Shown one piece after another: positions 50,843-63,370 of a stretch of 64,000 bases of DNA (the first letter of the stretch is position 1; every line of letters begins with the position of its first letter). Origin of the DNA: Squalus acanthias (taxonomy: Eukaryota); assembly GCA_030390025.1 (NCBI GenBank), contig CM059431.1:102302001-102366000 (forward strand), read 5' to 3'. A program made the position numbers and the translations under genes. The notes under the pieces were generated by a model. It was given only the letters and a program-made list of their open reading frames with translations, was not told the origin of the DNA and searched no databases.

Positions 50843-51260
50843 CATCCCCTCTACCACCTTAAACATTCACTCCCTCCACCACCGGCGCACCGTGGCTGCA
50901 GTGTGTACCAGCTACAAGATGCACTGCAGCAACTCGCCAAGGCTTCTTCGGCAGCACCTCCCAAACCCGCAGCCTCTTCCACCTAGAAGTACAAGGGCAG
51001 CAGGCGCATGGGAACACCACCACCTCCAAGTTCCCCTCCAAGTCACACACCATCCCGACTTAGAAATATATCGGCCGTTCCTTCATTGTCGCTGGGTCAA
51101 AATCCTGGAACTCCCTCCCTAACAGCACTATGGGAGCACCTTCACCACACGGACTGCAGTGGCTCAAGAAGGCAGCTCACCACCACCTTCTCAAGGGCAA
51201 TTAGGGATGGGCAATAAATGCTGGTCTTGTCAGCGACGCCCACATCCCATAAAACAAATT
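50843..51260 (+). mobile_element. CR1/L2-group LINE 3' fragment (family of 5267-5897)
   Basis: YKMHCSNSPRLLRQHLP. Confidence 0.75.
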
Positions 51261-51649
51261 TTAAAAAAGCTAATGCAGCACAGATCAAGGCGCCAATATT
51301 TGACTTTCCCGGTCTGCCTGGCTCAGTGCCAACAGGCAGTGCTTTAATCAGCCGAACCATTGAGAGGAACCAGTGACATTTGTTTCGTTAAGAATTCTTG
51401 CGGCTCCAAACTTCTAGTGAAAAAAAAAGCAAGCTTTTCTCTCCCTCCAAGTCCTGGAATTATCACAAATGACCAACCGAAAATTCAGCAGTGTCACAAT
51501 TCCCCCACAAAGAGAGACCTGAAGTTGGAAATGCTTCTCAACTCTTGTGAAACCTCCATTGGAAGAGCTCAAACTGTGTGCATAATATAGTTTGGCACAT
51601 AATCGAGGTTAGAATCTTTAAAATATAAATTTTAACACCAGTTAACCAA

Positions 51650-52102
51650 AAAAAGGAAAGATTTGCATTTCTATAGCGCCTTTCACGACCTCAGCACGTC
51701 CCAAAATGCTTTACAGCCAATGAAGCACTTTTTGAGGTGTTGTAATGTAGGTAACACGGCAGCCAATCTGCACACAGCAAGATCCCACAAACAGCAACAT
51801 GATAATGACCAGATAAACTGGTTTTCTTTTTAGTGATGTTGGTTGAGGGATAAATATTGGCCCCAGGACACCGGGGATAACTCCCCCTGCTTTTCTCCGA
51901 AATAGTGGCTGAGGCATCTTTTACGTCCACCTGAGAGCAGACGGAGCCTCATCCGAAAGACGGCACCTCCGACAGTGCAGCACTCCCTCAGCACTGCACT
52001 GGAGTGCCAGCCTAGAATTTCTCAAGTCTCTGGAGTGGGATTTGAAACCACAACCTTCTGACTCAGAGGTGAACATGCTATCCACTGAACCACAGCGGAC
52101 AC
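51650..52102 (-). mobile_element. SacSINE1-like SINE, full length
   Basis: Head, body and tail. Confidence 0.85.
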
Positions 52103-52111
52103 CTAAACTAA

Positions 52112-52170
<59 letters not shown>
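52112..52170. repeat. (TA)n(TG)n(TA)n microsatellite
   Basis: Direct reading. Confidence 0.95.
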
Positions 52171-52977
52171 GTCAGTTAGGCGTAATGCACTGAAGTGAAA
52201 GCATGTTGCAATTGCTAGCTGCACAATTCGTTTGCCATAGAAATGTAATATTTCTTAATCTTTATACTATAGTGCACACCCTCGTTCTAAACAATTTTGA
52301 CTATTTAATAATTAAGTATATCTACGGATCCCCATGTACACAATTATATGTTGAGCATTATGTAATGATAAAATCAAAACATTACTCTTTTCGGTTGAAA
52401 ATATTTCAAAACAATCTTAACAGTTGAAATTATACTTTTCAGATCCATCGCACAACCTCACAAAGGCTTACTGCACAGGTTGATACAACTCTGATAAAAT
52501 CCAGACTATAATTAAGAACAACAGGCAGTCTCGGCAATCCCCACTAAATTGTGTAAGTAAATCACTGAGCGCGCAGTGCGGTCACAAGGAATCGACTGAA
52601 TGGAAATCTAGGAAACGCATCTAAACATGTAACCAACCTGCTGAAACGCCTGTGCAAAAAAAAACACTAGCCAGGAAGGCAAATATGTGGGCTAGGAGCA
52701 GGAAGCTGAAAATGATTGACTGAATTCCTCCATTACTCATTCTTAAAAGAATAAAAAGAACCATTTCTGTCGGATGACTAAGCTGTATTCAGATTCTGCA
52801 CCAATTATCTAAAGGATTAGATCATAATCCTTGTGTGTTCCTCGGCCCTAAATTTCGTATTTGTTTAGGCCGCAAAAAGCAGTTTACTCTAGATTGGCAG
52901 TTACCCCCAGTCGCCGTCCCTTTTCCCACCCATCGAAACTTCCTTCACTTTTGGAGCCAGGAGTATTTTGATGCTGC

Positions 52978-53245
52978 TTGGGGAACTCTAGGACTAGGGG
53001 GCATAGTATTAGGAAACACTTCTACACACAAAGGGTGATAGTAATTTGGAACTCTCTTCCGCAAACGGCAATTGATGCTCGATCAACTGTTAATTTTAAA
53101 TCTGAGATTGATAGATTTCTGTTAACCAAAGGTATTGAGGGATATGGGCCAAAAGCAGGTATATGGAGTTAGGTCACAGATCAGCCATGATCTCACTGAA
53201 TGGCGGAACAGGCGCGAGGGGCTCAAGGGCCTCCTCCTGTTCCTG
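52978..53245 (+). mobile_element. CR1 3' end
   Basis: FYTQRVIVIWNSLPQ. Confidence 0.8.
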
Positions 53246-53361
53246 TGATGCTGTGTAAATAGGAAAAGCATGCCACGTGACACATCTCCTCGTTTGTTCC
53301 CATAACAATGCTGGGCGCAAGGGATGCCAGCGTTTCCTCGACATCTATCGCTGCATCATCC

Positions 53362-53610
53362 TCAAAGAAGAGCTAGGGGAGTTCTCCCCGGTGTCCTGCA
53401 GCCAATATTTATCCCTCAACCAACATCACTGAAACAGATTATCTGGTCATGATCACATTGCTGTTTGTGGGAGCTTGCTGTGCGCAAATTGGCTGCCGCG
53501 TTTCCTACATTACAACAGTGACTACACTTCAAAAGTACTTCATTGGCTGTAAAGCGCTTTGGGATGTCCGGAGGTCTTAAAAGGCACTATATATTAATGC
53601 AAATCTTTCT
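53362..53610 (+). mobile_element. SacSINE1-like SINE 3' half
   Basis: Body and tail match. Confidence 0.8.
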
Positions 53611-53689
53611 TAAGGACTAAAATGGAGGATTTAAAATTTAAAAGGTTTGATTACCTATTGCAATTGATTACTGACCGAAAACTGATGTA

Positions 53690-54095
53690 TATAAGAACAT
53701 AAGAAATAGGAGCCTGCTCCGCCATTCAATAAGATCATGGCTGATCTTCTACCTCAACTCCACTTTCCTGCACTATCCCCATATCCCTTGATTCCCTTAA
53801 TATTCAAAAATCTATCGATCTCTGTCTCGAATAAACAACTGAGCCCCCACAGCCCTCTGGGGCAGAGAATTCCAAAGATTCACAACCTTGTGAGTGAAGA
53901 AATTCCCCCTCATCTCAGTCCTAAATGGTCAAGCCCTTATTCTGAGACTATGACCCCTGGTTCTAGTCTCTTCAGCCAGGGGAAACTTCCTCTCAGCATC
54001 TACCCTGTCAATCCCCCCTCAGAATCTTATATGTTTCAATGAGATCACCTCTCATTCTTCTAAACTCCAGAGAGTATAGACCCAATCTAGTCAAC
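53690..54095 (-). mobile_element. CR1 3' fragment
   Basis: Matches the 40066 family. Confidence 0.8.
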
Positions 54096-54395
54096 TTTGC
54101 ACTCCAATCCCAATTTCCGCTTTCTCAATGGAACTCTCAGTTTATACCACTGTAATCACCAGGGGGGGTTAAAAATCTATTGTATATTAAAATAGCTGAA
54201 TGGGTCACAACATTCCATTTCAAAATGCATTGAACAGACCTGTCTCATACTAGCTGAATAGGAAAGCCCACAATAAGAGTCAACATTTAACCGCAGTGCC
54301 TGTTACACCTGTATATGGCACTTTGTTAAGGTTCTCCAAAGGTAAATGTCACATAACTTTAGCTGCTAAATCAACAGCAGCAACAGAGTATATTG

Positions 54396-54735
54396 GCTGC
54401 ATAGAGTGACACCAGTATTCCCAGCCAGAATGGAGATGATTGGGCAATTCCCCCGTCAATCACGCACTGCTGTAAGTGACTGGGATCGACCTTACACACA
54501 TCATTTATATTATGTAACTATCCTCCGCTCACTGCATTTTGCTGGAGAAATAATCCCGCTTTTAATCGGGAGACGTTGCTGTAGTTTCGGCCATGAGTTC
54601 TGTTTGTAGAGATTTTTTTTAAAATAGACTCTGTAGACTGTTTGCTGTGGTGCGCTGTTTAAATAGACTCTGTTTGTTGTTAAATAGACTGTATTTGCTG
54701 TGAGTCCTGCCTTGCCTCCAACTCATTGGCTGACA
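54396..54735. repeat. Unclassified ~350-bp dispersed repeat, copy 2
   Basis: Collinear with 48186-48538. Confidence 0.8.
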
Positions 54736-55371
54736 GGAGGGTTAAGCCCCAAAAAAGATCGAGGCTACAGGATTTTGCCACCAAGTGTCACTGGAGAGCA
54801 CCCTTGGTTTTTCCCAGCCAACAGCCATGTTGGTATAGGTAAGCAAACCAGATAAGTTTTAAAGTCTAAAATTAAAACTTATGATTTCCCACCCCACCCC
54901 CCCCTGTTCACATTGGACTTCCCTCCATTGGTCCCTTTATCCATGCTAGCATTCTCAATTCTCCCTCCTAATTCATCTTGCCGATATTCTCTGCTCCGTC
55001 AGCTCAGTTCGCACAAGATCTCAGCTGCCTGCCCTCAACAGTTCACCCTGACCCCCCCTTCTACTCCCTCACTACCACATCAGATCTGCTACTTCAGAGG
55101 TCTGAATTCTGCTGCACTCTTGCAACTGGAAATTTCCAATCTCACAAACTAACACAAGAATTCCCATTCGCAGCACAGTTCCATACATCTCAAGTAGCTG
55201 CAGCGTTAGGTGCGAGCCAGTGAAGCTGGGAGCAAGTTAGGGCTGGAACCATGAACAGTGCTGATTTTCGTCAAAGACAAAGCAGACGCAAACTCCAAAA
55301 TGCTGGCACACCCGACAAGTATTCTACAACCTTGTGAATTGTGTCGGCAGTACAGCTGTGATGCTGACAAA

Positions 55372-55667
55372 GGAGTGCGATGGAATACTCTCCACTTGCC
55401 TGGATGAGTGCAGCTCCAACAACACTCAAGAAGCTCGACACCATCCAGGTCAAAGCAGCTCACTTGATTGGCACCCCATCCACCACCTTAAATATTCACT
55501 CCCTCCACCACTGGCGTACCGTGGCTGCAGTGTGTACCATCTACAAGATGCACTGCAGCAACTCGCCAAGGCTTCTTTGGCAGCACCTCCCAAACCCGCG
55601 ACCTCTTCCACCTAGATGGACAAGGGCAGCAGGCGCATGGGAACACCACCACCTCCAAGTTCCCCTC
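55372..55667 (+). mobile_element. CR1/L2-group LINE fragment (family of 5267-5897)
   Basis: MEYSPLAWMSAAPTTLKKLDTIQ. Confidence 0.75.
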
Positions 55668-55759
55668 TGTTGAAAAGTGTGTGGATGTCAGGTAAGAATC
55701 TGATCGGGCATAACAACAGTCATTGTCTAGACACATATGCGATGAATGACCACTAGTTC

Positions 55760-56210
55760 AACCCATCACCCCTGTGCTCGCTGACCTACACTGGCTCCCG
55801 GTCCGGCAATGCCTCGATTTAAAAATTCTCATCCTTGTTTTCAAATCCCTCCCTGGCCTCCTCGCCCCTGGCTATCTCTGTAACCTCCTCCAGCCCTGCA
55901 ACCCTCCAAGATCTCCGCGCTCCTCCAATTCTGGCCTCTTGAGCGTCCCCGATTTTCGTCGCTCTACCACTGGTGGCCGTGCCTTCATCTGCCTATGTCC
56001 GAAGCTTTAAATTCCCTCCCTAAACCTCTCGACCTCTCTCTCCTCCTTTAAGCGACTCCTTAAAACCTATCTCTTTGACCAAGCTTTTGGTCACCTGTCC
56101 TAATGTCTTATGTGGCTCGGTGTCAAATCTTGTTCAATAACGGGCCTGTGAATCGCGCCTTGGGACGTTTTACTACATTAAAGGCGCTATATAAATGCAA
56201 GATGTTGTTG
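55760..56210 (+). mobile_element. L2 3' fragment
   Basis: LADLHWLPV; tail. Confidence 0.85.
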
Positions 56211-56718
56211 TAGCTGGAGATACTGGAGGGCTACAGGCGCCCGTGAACTGAGTCTCAGCGTGAATTAGTGCCTTCAGGAGAGAAGAGGAGAAAAGTGAGG
56301 AGAAAAAGAATTTGGTCTTGTAGAATATTACATTTCTTCACAGACCTTTACACGTTACACTTACAAAGTAAACAGGACGGTTAATTGAACCTCCAACTAC
56401 TTCGGATTGTTAACAGATTTCACGGCAGCTGTGATAACACACTCGTGTTTTTCTTTCTACGAGCTACTTTATTTCTTTTTCACATTGACTTTTGGTGTCA
56501 AATCCCACGAACTGGTCAACACGTCAGCAGACAGGTTCAGTAACAGTCTCATCTTCAACACATTCTCTTATTGTTTTTTTTATTAAATTGACCACTTTCG
56601 CCAGCTGGGTCTTGGGTGCAAGCCGCTGGTCGAGGGGGTTGGACGTGGACAGGTTACGGTCCAAAACTCCAAAGCAATTTCCTCCCTCAAGGGGGCCAAC
56701 TGTCCCGACGCTGCTTAC

Positions 56719-56809
56719 TTGAATTCAACTTGCTTCAAATGAGGAGTGCTTTCCAGAGCTATTCCAATACTGCCTGTCAGTTTGCCAATAGTCTCTGCTG
56801 CAGCAAGCA
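56719..56809 (-). CDS. Internal coding exon of unidentified host gene (LAAAETIGKLTGSIGIALESTPHLKQVEF)
   Basis: Acceptor ttcctcgttcccctgtcaccccag|, donor aa|gtaagc, open frame phase 1 to 2, in frame with 36865 exon. Confidence 0.6.
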
Positions 56810-56856
56810 CTGGGGTGACAGGGGAACGAGGAACATCAACGTAATCCAGCTTGTGC

Positions 56857-57312
56857 CAACAACAACTTGTATTTATACAGCGCCTTTAACGTAGTAAAAC
56901 GTCCCAAGGCGCCTCACGGGAGCGATTATCAAACAAAATTTGACACCGAGCCACATAAGGAGATATTGGGGCAGATGACCAAAAGCTTGGTCAAAGAGGT
57001 AGGCTTTAAGGAGCATGTAAAAGGAGGAGAGAGAGGCGGAGAGGTTTAGGGAGGGAATTCCAGAGCTCAGGGCCCAGGCAGCTGAAGGCACGGCCGCCAA
57101 TGGTGGAGCGATTATAATCGGGGATGCTCAAGAGGCCAGAATTGGAGGAGCGCAGAGATCTCGGAGGGTTGCGGGGCTGGAGCAGATTACAGAGATAGGC
57201 GAGGGATTTGAAAACAAGGATGAGAATTTTAAAATCGAGGCGTGGCTTAACCGGGAGCCAATGTAGGTCAGCGAGCACAGAGTGGGGTGATGGGCGAACG
57301 GGACTGGGTGCG
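56857..57312 (-). mobile_element. L2 3' fragment
   Basis: VLADLHWLPV; tail. Confidence 0.85.
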
Positions 57313-57486
57313 AACGGTTGCGCCTGTGACACGGCACTGATGGCAACAGTCCACAGACAGACTGTAGGCCACTGAGGAACCTCTCACCAGTGCGGCCAAC
57401 TATGATGGACCACAGTGCCCAATGGCTAAGGGAGGCAACAAAAAAAAAATCAGACCGAGCTCTCACTGCTGTCCAGTGACTCTTAC

Positions 57487-57868
57487 TTACGTTGCCAACC
57501 CTCCAGGATTGCCCTGCAGTCTCTTGGAATTAAAGGTTAATCTCACCAGGACACGGCTGGGAGCAAAACTGGGAGAAAGATCATCGGGCCAATTAAAAAT
57601 TGTGGGTTTTTAAAAAAATTTCCTTTGGACAATTTTCCTTTTAAAAATATCGGAGCTGGGAAGAAAGGCTGTTGACGGACAGTGAAGAATGATCCAATCG
57701 GGTAATGAGAAGTCTGTGCGCTTTACGATTGGCGTGGGAAGGCGGGGCACCGTTAGGACTGACATGTCGGGCGACCAATAGCGGGAGTGTGGGGGGCAGG
57801 GCGGTTGGAGGCAGGAGGTCATGTGATGAAACCTCCAGCAACACGTCCAATCAGAGTTGGCGACCCTA
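57487..57868 (+). mobile_element. hAT-like MITE
   Basis: gttgccaaccctccagg...cagagttggcgacccta. Confidence 0.7.
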
Positions 57869-57989
57869 AATTCACAGCGTTTCCAAACTGGCAAACCCTG
57901 CACCTGCTGGAAAGTGCACTTGTGGAGATATTGGATGGGTACAATATCATGCTTGGTCATACTGCCCCCCCCCAGTTGGCTGACAGTTG

Positions 57990-58577
57990 ACGTCCATCCC
58001 TGCCTTTGTTACCCCTAGACTCGACTATTCCAATGCTCTCCTGGCCTCCCATCATCCACCGTTCATAAACTTGAGCTCATCCAAAACTCTGCTGCCCGTG
58101 TCCTAACTCGCACCAAGTCCCGTTCGCCCATCACCCCCCCTGTGCTCGATGACCTACATTGGCTCCCAGTCCAGCAACGCCTCGATTTAAAAATTATCAT
58201 TCTTGTTTTCAAATCCCTCCATGGCCTCGCCCCCTCCCTATCTCTGTAACCTCCTCCAGCCCTACAACCCTCCGAGATATCTGCACTCCTCCAATGCTGG
58301 CCTGTTGAGCATCCCCGATTTTGATCCCTCCACCATTGGCGGCCGCGCCTTCAGCTGCCTGGGCCCCAAGCTCTGGAATTCCCTCCCTAAACCTCTCCGC
58401 CTCTCTACCTCCCTTTCCTCCTTTAAGATGCTCCTTAAAACCTACCTCTTTGACCAAGCTTTTGGTCGCCTGGCCTAATATCTCCTTATGTGGTCCGATA
58501 ATCGCTCCTGTGAAGTGCCTTGAGACGTTTTACTGCGTTAAAAGGTGTTATATGAATGCAAGTTGTTGTTGTTGTTG
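57990..58577 (+). mobile_element. L2 3' fragment
   Basis: RLDYSNALL region through (ttg)n tail. Confidence 0.85.
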
Positions 58578-59361
58578 ACAGCGTCTTTCACCATCTGTTC
58601 GGGAACTCTCTCCCTAAACCCCTCCAACCTTGCTATCTTCTCTTCCATCCTTCAAAAGCCTCCTCAAAACCTGTTCGACCACGATTTCAGTCACTATCTC
58701 CAATCCTCTCCCACATCGCCTGCCATTCCATCCTTATCTCGATGGAGCACTTTGGGATGTAATGATTACAAAGGCAAGTTATAGTTGCAGTCTCCCAACA
58801 TTCATTGTCTAGGCTCGTACAGGAAGAATGGCTACTGGGCGGAATGTACCAGAGGGGACTCGCGGACTCAAAGCTGCAACACTGAATGAATTAAGAAACA
58901 AAAAGGGAGAATATCAACAAGAACCTGACACCGCAGGATGACGATAGCGTGGGACATAGTCTGCTTATCATTTTTTTCCCCCCCCCAAACCGAAACGTTT
59001 GCCACAATAATATTTAAAGAACCTTTCCGGGTGACTTCCATCATCTAGGAGGCACGTAACATGACTGTTGAAATTAATAGTAACAACACCTTAATGAGGA
59101 ATCTCCCCCGTCCAACGTAAACAGAACCATGCCATCAAAAAGAAACAAAAATATGCTCCCAACTATTTTGAAAAGTTAGTGCATGGCCCAGAGAACACTG
59201 GGGCGGATCTGCTTTCAGCAACCTTCCTCCAACATACTGACAAATGCTTTTCACACAGGAAATATAACAAGGTTTTCTTCAAACCTTTTCTTGGCTTGCT
59301 TTTGTCTGTCAACAAATATGCAAAAAAAAAATGACTACCCACTTCACCATCAAATTGGATT

Positions 59362-59810
59362 CCTGTGCTCGCTGACCCACAATGGCTCCCTCGATTTAAA
59401 AATTCTCATCCGTGTTTACAAATCCCGCCATGGCCTCGCGCCCCCCCCCTCCCTATCTCTGTAACCTCTTCCTGCCCCACAACCGCCCCCCCCCCCCCAA
59501 GATCTCAGCGCTCCTCCAATTCTGGCCTCTTGAGCATCCCCGATTTTCATCGCTCCACCATCGGCAGCTGTGCCTTCAGCTGCTTGGGGTCCTAAATTCC
59601 TGAATTGCTTCCTTAAACCTCTCCGCCTCTCTCTCCTTCTTGAAGTCGCTCCTTAAAACCTACCCCTTTGACCAAGCTTTGCCCTATCCTAATACCTGTC
59701 CTAATATCGCCTTATGTGGGTCAATGTCAAATTTTGTCTGATAAACGCTCCAGTGAATCGCCTTGGGACGTTTTTACTATGTTAAAGGCGCTATATAAAT
59801 GCAAGTAGTT
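59362..59810 (+). mobile_element. L2 3' fragment
   Basis: L2 3' match. Confidence 0.8.
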
Positions 59811-60074
59811 CGTGTTGGATTCAGCACAGTGTGCGGAGAAGCCTCCTTATGGCCACAACGTGACCCCGAAATGGATGAACGCCCGGGCTTTTTCCTAACT
59901 ATGCTATATCCCACCGAGTAGTGACAAACAGATTCCACTAACCTCTCCCCACCAACGTGGGCCAACGCACCGTGATAGATAACTTAATCTGAAAGAAAAC
60001 ATTCCAGAGAGTGTGCAGCACCGAAACAGGCCATTCGGCCCAACTGGTCCACGCCGGTGACTCATGTACTCATC

Positions 60075-60910
60075 CAGGCCGAATCAAGAGATTCAAAGCA
60101 CCTTCCCGTGCAAGCGCAGGAGATGCAACACCTGCCCTTATACCTCCCCCCTTCCCACTGTCCAGGGCCCCAAACACCTCTTCCAGGTGAAACAGCGATT
60201 TACTTGTACTTCTTGCAATTTAGTGTACTGTATTCGCTGCTCACGATGTGGTCTCCTCTACATTGGGGAGACCAAACGCAGATTGGGTGACCGCTTTGCG
60301 GAACACCTCCGTTCAGTCCGTAAGGGGGATCCCGAGCTTCCGGTGGCCTGTCACTTTAATTCTCCGCTCCACTCCCACTCAGACCTCACCGTCCTCGGCC
60401 TCTTGCATTGTTCCACGGAAGCTCAGCGTAAGCTCGAGGAACAGCACCTCATCTTCCGATTAGGCACTTTACAGCCTTCCGGACTCAATATCGAGTTCAA
60501 CAATTTAGGTCATAACCTCGGCCCCTATCATATATATATATTTTTTTATCCACACCTTTTGTTTGTGTCTTTTCTTCTCTCCCACATGGCAGCTGTCTTT
60601 CATTCTGCCAGCGCAATTTACACTTCATCTAGAGCCATCCTTTGTTTCTTAACCTGTCCCATTACCATCTCCTTTTGCCTTGAATATCTCTTAACCTCTC
60701 CTGCCTTCTATCCTATCAGACCTTCCCTTTTGTTCTTTCATCCCCCCTCCCCCCTTTCCCAGCCCCTACACTTGCTTAAAAATCTTGTTCCATTTCCTGC
60801 TTTTTTCCAGTTCTGACGAAAGGTCATCGACCTGAAACGTTAACTCTCTTTCTCTCTTCACAGATGCTGCCTGACCTGCTGAGTATCTCCAGCGTTTTCT
60901 GTTTTGATTC
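60075..60910 (+). mobile_element. Penelope-like element 3' part: GIY-YIG endonuclease remnant plus terminal repeat
   Basis: C..RRCNTC, NLVYCIRCSRCGLLYIGETKRRLGDRFAEH, VACHFN, P.GLN motifs. Confidence 0.9.
60809..60845 (+). ncRNA. Minimal type I hammerhead ribozyme motif
   Basis: agtt-CTGACGA-a-aggtc-atc-gacct-GAAA-cg-TT-aact; perfect stems I and II. Confidence 0.7.
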
Positions 60911-61917
60911 AAAGTACTGTATACATTTGCTTGTCTTATCGCCAACAAATGACCACAGGGCAATCTCCCCACATAAGTACAAACAGAAAGCACAGAGCCA
61001 ACTGGTAGCTTCCTAGTGGAAGAGCACTTAACATTTACGGATATTTATTTAAACCATGAATGCGGGTGAAGTCTCCGGGGTAACATGGTTCGGTGGAGTT
61101 ACTGGGGGATCTGGTATGAGGAGAAGCAGAATCACTGTTGGTTAATGATTATGTACCCAATATTAATTCAGCTCCCTCACAGTGCTAGGCCCAGCCACCA
61201 TGGCTCAATATATAGTTTAAAATGACAAGACAAAACAAGCATTAATGAATATTCGGTTTCATTTTTAATGGAAACTGTAGCGGCGGTAACCCTGTAATTT
61301 TTTTGTGTGTGTGTGTATATATTTTCTTGGAATCTTATTCATGCCACAGAAGGCTGGAAAAGCTGTTTTTAGTCAAAGCAACAGCCTTAAGGGAGTTGGG
61401 GCCAAGTATATGCTGGTTACAGTTTACATGACATGGTTCTGGCAAGATTCCATTAACTCACTGTTGGGCCTATGAGGACTCGTAGTCTGTGTCCATCTGT
61501 GTGTTCCTATTTCTGTCAGTTCAAGAATAGGCTCGGCTCATTATAAACATTTACCTTTTGACATGACTGCTTTTAAGCCTAAAACAAAAGGACCTGCATA
61601 ACTACCGGCTTTACGAGAAAACAATTATTTCCAACACTTAGAATCTCCTTTTACTTTTTGACCTTCAGAGTACAGTTGACTGTTGCGAGTTTTTTTTTAC
61701 AAAAAAACCCCCCACAATTTTGATGCATCTTTTGGACCAGACATTCCCCGATGGTATGCAGGGAAATATGCCAGCAAGTGTCTGCAAGCCATTTTCTCAC
61801 GTCATTCAGTGACCAGTTACAGATGACATTTATCAAGACCTTCGGTTTCCTGCTGGCTGGGCTGGGAAAGGTATGTGCCAGGGGTGGGAGAGGGGCCTAA
61901 AAAGAGAAAACACCACC

Positions 61918-63370
61918 TTGCAGCACAGGAGGAGGCCATTCGGCCCATCGTGCCTGTGCCGGCTCTTTGAAAGAGCTATCCAATTAGTCCCACTCCCCGC
62001 TCCTTCTCCACAACACTGCATATGTTTCCTTTTCAACTATTTATCCAATTCCATTTTGAAAGTTACTATTGAATCTGCTTCCACCGCCCTTTCACGCAGC
62101 GCATTCCAGATCACAACAATTCTCCTCATCTCCCCTCTCTGGTTCTTTTGAGAATTAATTTAAATCTGTGTCCTCTGGTTACCCACCCTCCCGCCAGTTT
62201 CCCCTTATTTACTGGGCCTTACACTAAACATCCTTAAGACAAAGGTCCTCTACCAACCTGCCCCCGCCACACAGTACTGTCCCCCGATTATCAAAATCCA
62301 CGACGAGGCCTTGGACAACGCGGACCACTTTCCATACCTCGGGAGCCTACTGTCAACAAGGGGAGACGTTGATGGCGAAGTCCAACACCGCCTTCAGTGT
62401 GCCAGTGCATCCTTCGGTCACCTGAGGAAGAGAGAGTGTTTGAAGACCAGGACCTCAAACCCGGCACCAAGCTCATGGTCTACAGAGCAGTAGTGATACC
62501 CGCCCTCCTGTATGCTTCAGAGACATGGACCATGTACAGCAGGCACCTCAAAGCACTGGAGGTACCACCAATGCTGCCTCCACAAGATCCTGCAAATCCA
62601 TTGGCAGGATAGGCGCACCAACGTCAGTGTTCTCGCTCAGGCCAACATCCCCAGCATCGAAGCTTTGACCACGCTCGATCAGCTCCAATGGACGGGTCAC
62701 ATCGTCTGCATGCCCGATACGAGACTCCCAAAACAAGCGCTCTACTCGGAGCTCCGACACGGCAAGAGAGCCCCAGGTGGGCAGAGGAAACGCTTCAAGG
62801 ACACCCTCAAAGCCTCCTTGAAAAAGTGCAACATCCCCACTGACACCTGGGAATCCCTGGCCCAAGACCGCACAAAGTGGAGGAGAAGCATCCGGGAAGG
62901 CGCCGAACACCTCGAGTCTCTTCGCCGGGAGCAAGCGGAAGCCAAGCGCAAACAGCGGAAGGAGCGCACGTTAACCCAAACATGCACCCCACCCACCCGC
63001 CCCTTCAACCACCGTCTGCCCCACCTGTGACAGAGACTGTAGGTCCTGCATTGAACTCATCAGCCACCTGAGAACTCACTTTTAGTGCGGAAGCAAGTCA
63101 TCCTCGGTTCCGAGGGGCTGCCTAAGAAGAGGAGAAGACTCTATCAAAACCCCTCATAATCTTCAACACCTCTATTAAATCTCCCCTTAACCTTCTCTGC
63201 TCTAAGGAGAACAACCCCAGCTTCTCCAGTCTCTCCACGTCACTGAAGTCCCTCATCCCTGGTACCATTCTAGTAAATCTCCTCTGCACCCTCTCCAAGG
63301 CTTTGACATCCTTCCTAAAGTGCGGCGCCCAGAATTGGAGACAATACTCCAGCTGAGGCCTGACCGGTGA
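61918..63370 (-). mobile_element. CR1 fragment split by RTE
   Basis: ccttatttact|ctatcaaaac contiguous in 37122 copy, split here. Confidence 0.85.
62214..63137 (+). mobile_element. RTE-clade LINE, 5'-truncated, frameshifted
   Basis: Very similar to 32270-33284; act repeated at both flanks. Confidence 0.9.

Noticed and set aside
48538..54396. Full LTR retrotransposon between the two direct repeats
   Set aside because: No gag/pol, PBS or shared TSD seen
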